Origin: a bacterium
GTDB taxonomy: Bacteria > SAR324 > NAC60-12
Direction of reading: 5' to 3'
Length of the DNA stretch: 64,000 nucleotides
NCBI GenBank assembly: GCA_965209155.1
Contig: OZ242383.1
Coordinates: 2,656,001 to 2,720,000, forward strand
The notes beneath the pieces were generated by a model. That model had not been told where the DNA came from. It worked only from the letters and a program-made list of their open reading frames with translations, and made no database searches. Of this stretch, positions 10,050-20,837 are shown in pieces; position 1 is the stretch's first letter, and each line of letters begins with the position of its first letter. The translations under genes and the position numbers were made by a program.

Positions 10050-12140
10050 ATGAAACAATTAAGCAAATCTGTTGGTTTTGAAACCCATGGGGACATCGCA
10101 GTCCTAACCTGCAATAACCCTCCAGTCAATGCTCTCAGCTTTCACGTCCGTCAAGGATTGTACGACGGCATCAAAGAAGCGGACGCCAATGCCGGTATCA
10201 AAGCGGTGGTGCTACATTGTGAAGGGCGCACATTTTTTGCGGGCGCCGATATCTCTGAATTTGGCAAGCCCCCGACACCCGGAGTTCCAGGATTGCGAGA
10301 GGTTCTTGATGTTATGGAGGAATCCAGCAAGCCGGTTGTGTCGGTAATCCACGGTACGGCCCTCGGTGGAGGACTGGAAACCGCAATGGCTTGTCATTAT
10401 CGCATTGCGGACGCCAGTGCCAGAATGGGACAACCCGAAGTCCACCTCGGTTTGATTCCGGGTGCTGGAGGAACCGTGCGTTTGCCTCGCATCATGGGAG
10501 TGGAAAAAGCGTTGGAAATGAATGTCTCCGGCAATCCTATCGGAGCGGCAGAAGCATTGAACAACGGGTTGATCGAAGCAATCGTCCGGGGAAACCTCAA
10601 GGAACAGGCAATTGCCTTTGCTCGCAAAATCGTGGCGGAAGGTCGTCCTTTGGTCAAGATTCGAGACAAAAATGAAAAATTGCGAGAAGCGGAAAAAAAA
10701 CCGCAATTGTTCAACAATTTCAGGAAAAGCATCGCCCGTAAAAGCCGAGGATTCAAAGCGCCGGAAGCTATTATCCAGGCAGTCGAAGGTGCCGTCCATT
10801 TGCCATTCGATGAAGCGATGAAGAAAGAGGAGGAGTTATTTAAACAATGCCACGACAGTGCCGAATCCGAAGCCCAACGATACTTTTTCTTTGTAGAACG
10901 ACTGGCGAATAAAATCCCGGATATTCCGAAGGACACCCCGACTCGGGAAATCAAGACGGTGGGGATTCTGGGCGCCGGTACGATGGGGGGAGGCATTGCG
11001 ATGAATTTTGCCAACGTGGGAATTCCCGTGAAAATCGTCGAAGCCAGTCGAGATAGACTGGAATCCGGTTTAGGAGTGATCCGAAAAAACTATTCCAACA
11101 CGGCTAAAAAAGGACGGATCACGGAAGAGGAGGTAGAAACACGCATGTCCCTGATCGAAGGACACCTGGACAAAAACGTTTTGCAGGATGTGGATCTTGT
11201 CACTGAAGCGGTATTCGAGGACATGGAACTTAAAAAAACGATTTTCAGGGAACTCGACAAAATCTGCAAACCAGGCGCTATTTTGGCCAGCAACACCTCC
11301 TACTTGAATGTGAATGAGATTGCCCGGGAAACGTCTCGTCCCGAAGACGTCCTGGGCACGCATTACTTCAGCCCTGCCAATGTGATGAAGCTGTTGGAAG
11401 TGGTTCGTGGTGAAAAAACTTCTGGAGAAGTCATTGCTACCTTGTTAAAGCTGGCTAAGACGATCAACAAAGTCGCCGTCGTCGTCGGTGTCTGCCACGG
11501 ATTTGTCGGCAATCGAATGTTGGCGGCACGGGGCGTGGAATCCGGAAACCTGCTGTTAGAGAATGCTTTGCCTCATGAAATTGACCAGGTTATCTACGAT
11601 TTTGGCTTTCCGATGGGACCCTATAGCATGTCGGACCTGGCGGGTTTGGATATTGGTTGGAAAGGAGACAAAACGCCGGATAAAGAAATCGATATCCGCC
11701 ATCAACTCTGCGAACGTGGAAGACGAGGTCAAAAAACAGGGGCGGGATTTTACGATTATCAAGAAGGCAGTCGCAAACCAATCCCGAATGCGGAAGTGGA
11801 GGCTTTGATCCTTAAAATTTCTGAAATCAAACAAATCACCCGCACTGAAATATCGAAAGAGGACATGCTCGGGAGGATGATATACGCCATGATCAACGAG
11901 GCAGCTAAAATACTGGAAGAAGGGATTGCCCTGCGACCTTCGGATATCGATGTAGTTTGGGTCTATGGGTACGGTTGGCCGGTTTATCGCGGGGGACCGT
12001 GCTATTACGCCGACCAGGTGGGACTGAAAAATGTGGTTGCCGCTCTTGAAAAATATGCGGTTCAGTATGGAGCCCATTTAGCTCCTGCCCCACTCTTGAA
12101 AAAGTTGGCAGAGGAAGGTAAAGGATTTAAAGATCTTTAA
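10050..12140 (+). CDS. Enoyl-CoA hydratase / 3-hydroxyacyl-CoA dehydrogenase multifunctional enzyme
   Basis: NNPPVNAL, GGGLE, PEVHLGLIPGAGGT, GAGTMGGGIA, ASNTSYL, HYFSPANVM. Confidence 0.92.
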   Translation: MKQLSKSVGFETHGDIAVLTCNNPPVNALSFHVRQGLYDGIKEADANAGIKAVVLHCEGRTFFAGADISEFGKPPTPGVPGLREVLDVMEESSKPVVSVIHGTALGGGLETAMACHYRIADASARMGQPEVHLGLIPGAGGTVRLPRIMGVEKALEMNVSGNPIGAAEALNNGLIEAIVRGNLKEQAIAFARKIVAEGRPLVKIRDKNEKLREAEKKPQLFNNFRKSIARKSRGFKAPEAIIQAVEGAVHLPFDEAMKKEEELFKQCHDSAESEAQRYFFFVERLANKIPDIPKDTPTREIKTVGILGAGTMGGGIAMNFANVGIPVKIVEASRDRLESGLGVIRKNYSNTAKKGRITEEEVETRMSLIEGHLDKNVLQDVDLVTEAVFEDMELKKTIFRELDKICKPGAILASNTSYLNVNEIARETSRPEDVLGTHYFSPANVMKLLEVVRGEKTSGEVIATLLKLAKTINKVAVVVGVCHGFVGNRMLAARGVESGNLLLENALPHEIDQVIYDFGFPMGPYSMSDLAGLDIGWKGDKTPDKEIDIRHQLCERGRRGQKTGAGFYDYQEGSRKPIPNAEVEALILKISEIKQITRTEISKEDMLGRMIYAMINEAAKILEEGIALRPSDIDVVWVYGYGWPVYRGGPCYYADQVGLKNVVAALEKYAVQYGAHLAPAPLLKKLAEEGKGFKDL

Positions 12141-12160
12141 ATGAGTATCTTGAATTTTCC

Positions 12161-14329
12161 TTAGAGTGTTTCGTTGCGCAAACGCAAGGCATTGCCAATC
12201 ACGGATACGGAACTGAGGCTCATGGCGGCACTGGCAATCATTGGACTGAGGAGCACACCCAAGAAGGGATAAAGCAAGCCTGCCGCAATGGGTACGGCCA
12301 ACAAGTTGTATATATAAGCAAAAAACAAATTTTGCCGAATGTTGCGCATGGTGGCCCGGCTGAGGTTGCGTGCGCGGACGATACCCCGTAAATCTCCTTT
12401 GAGAAGCGTGATGTCGGCACTTTCCATGGCCACATCCGTGCCGCTTCCCATCGCGATCCCCACATTGGCCTGGGCGAGAGCTGGTGCATCATTTATTCCA
12501 TCACCAGCCATCGCGACCAAGTTTCCACCTGCTTGCAAGCGTTTGACCACATCGGCTTTCTCACCTGGCAATAATTCTGCTTCAACCTGGTCGATATGGA
12601 GCTTTTTGGCCACCACCTCGGCCGTGGCTCTATTGTCACCCGTTAGCATAATCACTCGCAATCCCGCGTCCTGTAGCATTTGAATGGTTTCCATTGTCAT
12701 TTCTTTGACAGGATCTGAAACTGCCAATAAACCGGCTAGCTGGTTTTCAATGGCGACAAACATTACGGTTTGACCATCTTCGCGGAGAGCGTTGGCTTGA
12801 TCTGTCAGCAAACTGGCGTCAATTTTCAATGAGTCCAGAAGTTTTTGATTTCCCACTGCCAGCTGTTTTCCATCAATATTTCCCGTCACTCCTTTGCCGG
12901 GAATTGCTTCAAAATGCTCTACCTTCAAAAGAGAAATTTTCTTTTCCAGAGCACTGGAAAGAATAGCTTCCGCCAGGGGGTGTTCACTGCTGCGCTCCAA
13001 ACTCCCCGTCCATTGAAGTAATTCTTCTTTTGTTAAAGGATTAAGCGGAACTATCGCCGTCAAATGGGGCTTCCCTTCAGTCAACGTTCCCGTTTTATCA
13101 ACAAGCAACGTTTCCACTTTTTCCATTGTTTCCAATGTTTCGGCATTTTTAATCAGTACGCCGTTGGTCGCCCCTTTTCCCGTTGCCACCATAATAGACA
13201 TTGGGGTTGCCAATCCCAGCGCGCAAGGACAGGCGATGATGAGCACGGCTACTGCGTTGAGCAATGCAAAAGCCATTGCGGGTTCCGGTCCCAACAGGCT
13301 CCAAAGGAGGGCTGTTAAAAGGGCAATCACAATCACTGCAGGTACAAAATACCCTGCCACAGAATCTGCAAGACGCTGGATGGGGGCCTTGCTCCTTTGC
13401 GCGTCGCCGACCATCTCGACAATTTGCGCTAAGAGCGTATCTCCCCCGGTTCGCTCCACTTGCATGATAAAACTACCTGTGCCATTGACAGTTGCTCCAA
13501 TGATCTTATCTCCTGTTTGCTTTTTCACGGGTATGGGTTCGCCCGTGACCATCGATTCATCAATCGTACTACTGCCTTCCAGGACTTTTCCATCCAGTGG
13601 AATCTTTTCTCCCGGAAGGACTCGCAAGCGATCTCCGTACTTCAAATGATCCACTGAGATTTCCTCTTCCGATCCATCTTCCCGGATCACCTGGGCAGTT
13701 TCAGGCGCAAGCGCCAACAAAGCTTGAATCGCGTTGTTAGTCCGGCTGCGAGCACGAAGCTCTAAGACTTGTCCCAGTAAGACCAGCACCGTGATCACGG
13801 CGGCCGCTTCAAAATAGACTGCTACCTCTCCAGCATGTCCTCGAAAGGTACCTGGGAATATCCCTGGAAAAAGAGTTGCCACCACACTGTAAAGATAGGC
13901 CACTCCGATGCCGAGCGCAACCAAAGTAAACATATTCAGACTGCGATTGACCAACGACATCCAACCCCGTACAAAAAGTGGATAACCACTCCAGAGAACC
14001 ACCGGAGATGCCAACAGCAATTGGACCCAGGAAAGCCATGTCCCCGGTACCATTCGTTGCAGAGGTTGCCCTGGTATCATTTCCGACATACCCAGCAGAA
14101 AAACAGGAAACGCAAAATAAAAACCCGTCCACATTCGACGTGTCATTTCTGCTAATTCCTGGTCGTCTTCCTCTTCCGTGATGCCAATTGCCTGCAACCC
14201 CATACCGCACAAGGGGCAGGAACCCGCTTGCTTTTCCACGATTTCCGGGTGCATGGGACAGGTATATTCTGCTCCTGCCACCATGACTGGTTCAGGTGGA
14301 GCCGGTGTTGGATGATGGCGCATTTTCAT
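12161..14329 (-). CDS. copA: Copper-translocating P1B-type ATPase
   Basis: [44 protein letters not shown] and MSLSS motifs. Confidence 0.9.
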   Translation of the reverse strand: MKMRHHPTPAPPEPVMVAGAEYTCPMHPEIVEKQAGSCPLCGMGLQAIGITEEEDDQELAEMTRRMWTGFYFAFPVFLLGMSEMIPGQPLQRMVPGTWLSWVQLLLASPVVLWSGYPLFVRGWMSLVNRSLNMFTLVALGIGVAYLYSVVATLFPGIFPGTFRGHAGEVAVYFEAAAVITVLVLLGQVLELRARSRTNNAIQALLALAPETAQVIREDGSEEEISVDHLKYGDRLRVLPGEKIPLDGKVLEGSSTIDESMVTGEPIPVKKQTGDKIIGATVNGTGSFIMQVERTGGDTLLAQIVEMVGDAQRSKAPIQRLADSVAGYFVPAVIVIALLTALLWSLLGPEPAMAFALLNAVAVLIIACPCALGLATPMSIMVATGKGATNGVLIKNAETLETMEKVETLLVDKTGTLTEGKPHLTAIVPLNPLTKEELLQWTGSLERSSEHPLAEAILSSALEKKISLLKVEHFEAIPGKGVTGNIDGKQLAVGNQKLLDSLKIDASLLTDQANALREDGQTVMFVAIENQLAGLLAVSDPVKEMTMETIQMLQDAGLRVIMLTGDNRATAEVVAKKLHIDQVEAELLPGEKADVVKRLQAGGNLVAMAGDGINDAPALAQANVGIAMGSGTDVAMESADITLLKGDLRGIVRARNLSRATMRNIRQNLFFAYIYNLLAVPIAAGLLYPFLGVLLSPMIASAAMSLSSVSVIGNALRLRNETL

Positions 14330-14467
14330 TTTTAACTCACAATCTTGGGGCTATTTCTTTTTCGGCTGAATAAGCGCGACTGTTTGAATTTTTTAAGGTG
14401 CAGGACTAAGATTGCATCATGAATAGATTTTTGCAATTGCTCCTTCTCCGGAAAGGAAAGGGCTTGT

Positions 14468-15745
14468 CTAGCCCACAGGCTTTCTGGTAGGGGGAGGCAT
14501 CGTTGAAACTTCTTGATCTTCCAAAAGTGGCATGGTGCGCGTCCACATAAGAAGAATTACCAGGATGCAAAGCCCCCCTCCCACTCCAACAGGCAATTGC
14601 AAACCAAAAAAACCGGATAACCAGCCCATCGAGAGAGCACCGATTGCGGGACCGCCTCGGAAAATCATACCCCAGAGACCGAGCACTCGTCCTCTCATTT
14701 TTCCTGATACGGCGTTTTGTATCAAAGTTTGCGTGGAAACACCAAATGTTACCATCGTGACCCCGGAAATTCCCATCGCCACGACGGCTATCCAAAAAAG
14801 GTCGGTACTGGCAAATAATATTAACATTAAACCGGAAATGGCCAGGCTGACCATCATGATGGTCAGTAACCCCTCATGCTTACCTCGTTGCGCGATCCAG
14901 ATACCTCCGGCAATGGCGCCGAAGCCGACTGCCGAGGTCAGGATAGACAATCCTGCAGCGCCTTGATGAAAAACTTCATCCGCAAAACCGGGTAACAACT
15001 CAAAAACCGGTCGGCAAAGGAAAGAAGCGGCCAACATGAAAACTATTGTCTGTATCACAACCGGATGTGAAATGGCGTATCGTATCCCTTGCAGCGCGTC
15101 AGTGACAATCCCTTTCCGCTCGCGTTTCGATGCCATTTCTTGGGGTGGTAAGCGCAGAAATAGCAAAGCGAGGAGCATCACCAGAAATGTGGTGGCGTTG
15201 ACCGCGAAGGCAGCTGCGATCCCGAACGCGGTGATGACCACGCCAGCAACGGCGGGTCCAATGAATCGTGCCAGGTTGAACATAACTGAATTGATGGCAA
15301 TGGCCGATGCCATATTTCTGGCACGAACGAGACTGTGCACGAGTGACAGCCGAGACGGCATGTTCAGGGCGATGACAATTCCATGAAATAAAGTCAACAG
15401 AAATAAACCGTATATGCTGATCCAGTCAAATAGAGTGAGAAAACACAATACAGCGGATTGGATCAATTCCATTATGGTACAAAAAAGTAGAATCATACGC
15501 CGATCATACCTGTCTGCAATCACTCCCGCAAAAGGAGCGATCATTATTACGGGAAACAGGTCGGCAAAAGCAACAGCACCCAGCCAAAATCCGGATTTGG
15601 TCAGGTCCCAGGCCAACCATCCCACTGCCAGGCGTTGTACCCAAACACCAACCAGGGAAAAAACATTTCCGGTAGTGTAGATGGTATAATTACGATTTTG
15701 AAACAAACTGAGAATTGCTGAATATCCTGAATTACTGTCACTCAT
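14468..15745 (-). CDS. MFS transporter
   Basis: ~12 hydrophobic helices; GVIADRYDRR; MRGRV motif. Confidence 0.88.
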   Translation of the reverse strand: MSDSNSGYSAILSLFQNRNYTIYTTGNVFSLVGVWVQRLAVGWLAWDLTKSGFWLGAVAFADLFPVIMIAPFAGVIADRYDRRMILLFCTIMELIQSAVLCFLTLFDWISIYGLFLLTLFHGIVIALNMPSRLSLVHSLVRARNMASAIAINSVMFNLARFIGPAVAGVVITAFGIAAAFAVNATTFLVMLLALLFLRLPPQEMASKRERKGIVTDALQGIRYAISHPVVIQTIVFMLAASFLCRPVFELLPGFADEVFHQGAAGLSILTSAVGFGAIAGGIWIAQRGKHEGLLTIMMVSLAISGLMLILFASTDLFWIAVVAMGISGVTMVTFGVSTQTLIQNAVSGKMRGRVLGLWGMIFRGGPAIGALSMGWLSGFFGLQLPVGVGGGLCILVILLMWTRTMPLLEDQEVSTMPPPTRKPVG

Positions 15746-15782
15746 AATTTTTTAGATAGTTAAAACTCCCGATGAAATTACT

Positions 15783-16418
15783 TTATTTTGTGCGATACAG
15801 TCGGTCACCCGCATCTCCTAACCCGGGGAGGATATAGCCGTGCTCATTGAGCTTTTCATCAATTGCTGCAGTGTAAATTACCACGTCCGAGTGCCGTTTC
15901 CTCAGTTCTTCGATTCCTTCAGGCGCCGCCAGCAGACAAACAAATCTCAACGATCGCGGTTTTACGGATTTGAGACGATACAAAGCTGCGGACGCGGAAT
16001 GCCCGGTGGCGAGCATTGGATCTACCACAATCATATCTTTGCCCTCCACTTCCGGTGGCATTTTAAAATAATATTCCACGGCATCCAAAGTAGCAGGGTC
16101 CCGGTAAAGCCCTATGTGTCCGACTCTTGCTGAAGGAACCAACTGTAACATGCCGTCCAGAATCCCATTGCCCGCTCTCAAGATGGAAACTATAACCAGG
16201 TTTTTGCCTTCAAAAAAAGGGGCATTTACAGGAGATAAGGGCGTTTCAATATCTTTATAATTCAAGGGAAAATCACGTGTCACCTCATAAGCGAGCAAGG
16301 TACTGATTTCTCTGAGCAAATCTCTGAATTGGTTACAACTCGTGTCCTTTTTCCTCATCAGGCTCAACTTATGTTGCACGAGGGGATGAGAAATGACCAT
16401 TAATTCAGACATTATCAT
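15783..16418 (-). CDS. upp: Uracil phosphoribosyltransferase
   Basis: [38 protein letters not shown]. Confidence 0.97.
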   Translation of the reverse strand: MIMSELMVISHPLVQHKLSLMRKKDTSCNQFRDLLREISTLLAYEVTRDFPLNYKDIETPLSPVNAPFFEGKNLVIVSILRAGNGILDGMLQLVPSARVGHIGLYRDPATLDAVEYYFKMPPEVEGKDMIVVDPMLATGHSASAALYRLKSVKPRSLRFVCLLAAPEGIEELRKRHSDVVIYTAAIDEKLNEHGYILPGLGDAGDRLYRTK

Positions 16419-16441
16419 TTTCCTAGGAATGGACGCGCCCG

Positions 16442-16471
16442 CTGGATGCCGGGTCTACGCCCGGAATGACA
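16442..16471. repeat. REP-like palindrome (CTGGATGCCGGGTCTACGCCCGGAATGACA)
   Basis: Same GTCATTCC..GGAATCCA family as 40255-40282 and the core of the MITE-like repeats. Confidence 0.6.
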
Positions 16472-16690
16472 AACCCGCGTATGAGCTGGAAGAGCAAAAC
16501 AATGTACGTATTTTTGCCTCATGAAACTACGGTGCAAGACCAATATCAGGACTATTCAGGGAGACTCCTGCCATTGAACAGATCTGGAAAATGGCAGGAC
16601 CTTCAACGAAGCTCTAGCGCTTGTTGTTTGCAAACAGGCCTTAAAGATTTCGGCTGGACCTCGGAACTTGCAACCGTCAAAGTCAGGTAA

Positions 16691-17728
16691 TCAGGCAGCA
16701 GGTCTGATATGAACTTTAACAGATTGGCTTTTTTTATCGAGAGCAGTTGCAAAGGCTTGGTTGACTTCATTCAGGGCATAACGGTGGGTTACCAGTTTAC
16801 GTGCTGCCTCCCCGTGATCACTGAGAATTTCTAATGCCATTTGGTAGTTGGCTTTTCCACTCATGTTACCATAAAGTACAGCACCAACAATGGCCCGATC
16901 CATAATCTGAAACGATTTGAATGCAATTGTCGGGGAAAAAAACACTCCCAAGACCAGGACACGGCCCAGGGGACGCGCACTGCACAGGGCCTGATCGAGC
17001 GTCTCACCATGCCCTCCTACCGTTTCTATGGCGAGATCGATGGCATTCGACTTCACTAACTCCGTCAATCGCTCTTGTCCTTTATCATCATCGCCCAACA
17101 CTTCGTCGGCACCCAGTTGTCTGGCAAGTTCCTGCTGTTGAGGATGACGGGCAATGATGATGGCATTCGCTCCAAGCGCTTTCACGTTGATCAAGGCACC
17201 CAATCCAACCGTACCAGCGCCAATAATCAAAGCGGTTTCGTGAAAGCGAAGGTCGACACGCTCCAAGCCGTAAACCGAACAGGAAAGGGGTTCGGCAAGG
17301 GCGGCGAGTTCAGTGTCAAAGCCTGGGGGGGCTTTAAATGCCGTGTAGCCTGGTACATTGACATATTCGCTCATACCCCCATTATAGGTTTCTCCCACGA
17401 GCCCGCGTTCTCCGCAAACTTGATAAGCGCCTGTCATGCAAAAACGGCAAGCGCCACATCGTACCACAGGTTCGATGCCCACCACATCTCCCTCGTTGAC
17501 ATGTTTGACATTGCTGCCAACAGCACTCACCACGCCCCCGATTTCGTGACCGGGAACAGCACCGATGGTGACGGGTTTGTCTCCCCTCACATAGTGCAAA
17601 TCTGAACCACAGATTCCAGAGCTTCCTACCTGGATTTGCACCTGATCGGCTTGAGGATCTGCAATGGAAATTTTTTCCACGTTCAAGTCCCGGGATTCTA
17701 ACCAACTTGCGGCCAAGCTTTCTTTCAT
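16691..17728 (-). CDS. Zinc-binding (MDR) alcohol dehydrogenase
   Basis: GICGSDLH, GHE, CxxCxxC...C structural Zn site, GAGTVG; AGGAG RBS. Confidence 0.9.
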   Translation of the reverse strand: MKESLAASWLESRDLNVEKISIADPQADQVQIQVGSSGICGSDLHYVRGDKPVTIGAVPGHEIGGVVSAVGSNVKHVNEGDVVGIEPVVRCGACRFCMTGAYQVCGERGLVGETYNGGMSEYVNVPGYTAFKAPPGFDTELAALAEPLSCSVYGLERVDLRFHETALIIGAGTVGLGALINVKALGANAIIIARHPQQQELARQLGADEVLGDDDKGQERLTELVKSNAIDLAIETVGGHGETLDQALCSARPLGRVLVLGVFFSPTIAFKSFQIMDRAIVGAVLYGNMSGKANYQMALEILSDHGEAARKLVTHRYALNEVNQAFATALDKKSQSVKVHIRPAA

Positions 17729-17770
17729 GAATTGCTCCTATGCTTTCAATGGCAGATAAACTTAAGAATC

Positions 17771-17955
17771 TTACTCACCTTCAATACGTATTACTTAATT
17801 ATCTCTTCCTGCAACCAAGTCCGAATATGGAGAGCTTTATGTTTCGCCGGCATCAACCATCAGATTGCGTCCGGCTGTGTGGCGGCTTTCGTCACTTGCC
17901 AGGTACAATGCGGCGTATTCCATGTCCTCCGGCATTCCTGCCCGATGAAGGGGAG
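17771..17955 (-). pseudogene. Degenerate copy of the 3' end of the SDR gene at 20022-20210
   Basis: Direct nucleotide similarity, e.g. TGTGTGGCGGCTTTCGTCACTTGCCAGGTACAATGCGGCGTAT is shared, with substitutions and indels elsewhere. Confidence 0.85.
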
Positions 17956-18463
17956 CGATTTTTCAGCAACCAAGGCATCTTCGCACGTCTCCCCTTCTCA
18001 TGTCAAGAATAAAAATAAATATCTCTTCAAATTAATTCTCCTATACTGCGCACAGCTGCAAATTGTATTGATTCGTTAAGTTGTTGTCCATTCAAAGAAA
18101 TGGTATTTCGAATGAAAGTAAGGAAAAAAACTCCGCTACCCCTCACCTGTGGATACAAGCTGATGAAGCAATAAAATTCAGCATTGAGAGACATGAAAGA
18201 CCCCAAGCCTCACCCGCAGGTATTGAAACCATACGGTTGGATGGGCCTTGCGATGCGATTGGGGAAGGGCTCCTCTTAAGCGAAGGGGTTGATCAGCCGG
18301 GCGAGGAGACCTCGTTTGCGATTCTTTGCGGCGCCATGACTGCACAAAATCGAGAAAATGACTTTGTGACAAAGGGACAACGAATAAGGCTCGCTGTTGC
18401 TCAAACGCTTTGATATACTGGTTGACAACCAGTGCTTTCTTGTTCCCTTTTTTGAGGAGCATC

Positions 18464-19357
18464 ATGCTGAAACATCCCATTTCACCCACAGTAGACTGTG
18501 TTTTTAAGGCCATTTTAGGGGCAGTGGAAAATTCAAATTTACTGATTGATTTTCTCAACAGTGTCCTGGCTCCACAGTCTCCTGTTTCGAATGTTGAAAT
18601 CCTGAATCCCTACAATGAACGCGAATTTTATACCGACAAACTGACCATTGTCGATGTCAAAGCTAAAGATGAAAATAAAACGACTTACCAGATAGAAATT
18701 CAATTATCTGTCTTTTCCTATTTGCCAGAGAGGATACTCTATACTTGGAGTGATCTCTATCAATCCCAACTACTAAGTGGGGAGCAATTCTCAGCATTGC
18801 GTCCGGTAATCTCCATTTGGATGTTGACTGAAAATTTGTTCCCCAAAAGTCCTGCCTTTCATCATCACTTTCAAATGTTTGATCAGAAAAACCAAAAACG
18901 GTTATCGGAGCATTGCTCAATCCATCTTTTAGAATTAGACAAATGGCACTATTCCGAGAGATTAAATCCTGAAGATGAATGGCTTTATTTTTTTAAAGAA
19001 GCCGAACACTGGCAGGAATTACCCGAAATCATCAATACCCCTAAAATGAGGCAAGCTATGGCAGTCCTGGAGCGATTTTCAGAAAAAGAAAGAGATTATC
19101 ACCTCTATCAAGCCCGTCAAAATGCCATCCGTGAGGAACAAACCCGGCAAAAGCTTTTAGAAGAGGCCGTGCGTGACAAGGAAGAGGCCGTGCGTGACAA
19201 GGAAGAAGCCGTGCGTGACAAGGAAGAAGCCGTGCGTGACAAGGAAGAAGCCCTTCGAAGAGAGGAAGAGGAACGAAAGCTCAGAGAAACTGCGCAAAAT
19301 GACCGGAATCGTTTACAAGAGTTACTCAAAAAAGCAGGAATTGATCCGGATGAATAA
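18464..19357 (+). CDS. Rpn family recombination-promoting nuclease / putative transposase (PD-(D/E)XK)
   Basis: PTVDCVFKAILG, LLIDFLNSVL, KLTIVDVKA, YQIEIQ, IHLLEL..W; GAGGAG RBS; coiled-coil repeat tail. Confidence 0.88.
   Translation: MLKHPISPTVDCVFKAILGAVENSNLLIDFLNSVLAPQSPVSNVEILNPYNEREFYTDKLTIVDVKAKDENKTTYQIEIQLSVFSYLPERILYTWSDLYQSQLLSGEQFSALRPVISIWMLTENLFPKSPAFHHHFQMFDQKNQKRLSEHCSIHLLELDKWHYSERLNPEDEWLYFFKEAEHWQELPEIINTPKMRQAMAVLERFSEKERDYHLYQARQNAIREEQTRQKLLEEAVRDKEEAVRDKEEAVRDKEEAVRDKEEALRREEEERKLRETAQNDRNRLQELLKKAGIDPDE
19160..19252 (+). repeat. In-frame 21-bp tandem repeat, 4 full copies plus a partial (GAAGARGCCGTGCGTGACAAG = EEAVRDK)
   Basis: Copies start at 19160, 19181, 19202, 19223; partial at 19244. 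Confidence 0.95.
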
Positions 19358-19525
19358 ACTCTTTTTCCCAGGTCCCCATGACAGGCAGGCATGTAACAAT
19401 GCGAGAAGTTAATGAAGATTGCTTTAGCCTGGCGGCGATACTCTCCCTGTTTTCAATTTTCAAAAATCATTTGGTATCAATTTCTTATTGATTGAATGGG
19501 TTGATCAGCCGGGCTCGGATAAAAA

Positions 19526-19744
19526 TTATATTGTTGCTTCTTCTCCCAGATACCCTTCGCCCTCCGCGTGTTTCGCTTTTTCAGCCCAATAACTATCTTC
19601 AATTTCCAAAAATCTTTCATACATCGAATGTGAGATGAGTACCGATTTCGGTCTCCCTGATTTTTCAACGATTATAGGATCTGTCTCTGCCGTATCCATG
19701 AATTGTCCTAAGCGGTTTTTAAATTCAGTGGCAGTCACATTCAT
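19526..19744 (-). CDS. Phd/YefM family antitoxin, no adjacent toxin recognised
   Basis: MNVTATEFKNRLGQFMDTA..DPIIVEKSGRPKSVLIS is typical of the Phd N-terminus. Confidence 0.85.
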   Translation of the reverse strand: MNVTATEFKNRLGQFMDTAETDPIIVEKSGRPKSVLISHSMYERFLEIEDSYWAEKAKHAEGEGYLGEEATI

Positions 19745-20837
19745 ATTTCTCTTATAAGAAAACTGTGATAAGAAAAGGCACTAAAATCCTGAACAAGTCA
19801 AATATAAAAAGTTAAAAAAGCAACATTCACCATGAATATTACACGATCAAAAAACCGATCCATTGGCTCCAGGATGGGGCCATGAACCTTGAGCTTTCAA
19901 TTTGCTCGAGGCATTTCCATTGGCTGAAATGAACTGAGGCGCAACTTCAAGGATCTCTCCCTGAGGTCGAGATGAGATAAGGGGGGACAACCCAATGAAT
20001 TGGGGACTTGAGGTGGATTCCCTACTCACCTTGTATGCGTTTTACACGTATTTCTCTTCCTGCAATCAAGTCCGAATATGGAGCCATTCTCACTGTGATG
20101 CCGGCATCAACCATCAGATTGTGTCCGGTTGTGTGGCGGCTTTCGTCACTTGCCAGGTACAATGCGGCGTATGCGATGTCCTCCGGCATTCCTGCCCGAT
20201 GAAGGGGGAGTGACGTTTCAAAATACTCTGTCAGTCGCTTCGTTCTCAATTCGTTTTCTTCAGCCGACTGGGTCTGGTGACCTCCCCAGAAAATTGGAGT
20301 GACGATTGCTCCAGGTGAAATACAGTTGACGCGGATACCGTGGCCGGCAAGCTCTGTTGCCCATACTTTCGTCAATTGAATCACTCCTGCTTTGGTCGCC
20401 GCGTAAACCGGACCGGAACCATCTGTGGTCACTCCTGCCGTACTGCCATTGTTGATGATACTGCCCCCACCTTGCCGCTTCATGAAAGGGGCCACAAATT
20501 TGATACCAAGGAAACAGGAACCCAGGTTTGCCATCATAACTCTATGGAATTCTTCAGTAGAAAATTCCTCCACTTCAACGTAGGCTTGTCCAATTCCAGC
20601 ATTGTTGAAAAGCACGTCCACACGACCCCACTTCTCCACAGTGGTTTCGATCAAATCTTTTAAATGGGAATTATATACAAAGTTAACCATGGATTTGCAG
20701 GCCGGGCGCTACGCCTCGCCTAATCCCAGTCCAAAAATAATAAACAAAAATGAATAAAAACGCATTTTTTTGTTGACAGACTGTGATTTATTGGTTAATA
20801 TACTTCTAAAATTATTAACTTTTCATGGAGTTGAAAA

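Noticed and set aside
18081..18413. 110-aa ORF upstream of Rpn
   Set aside because: TTG start without an RBS and no recognisable similarity
19160..19252. CRISPR-like array
   Set aside because: Repeats are contiguous with no spacers, in frame inside a CDS, and there are no cas genes
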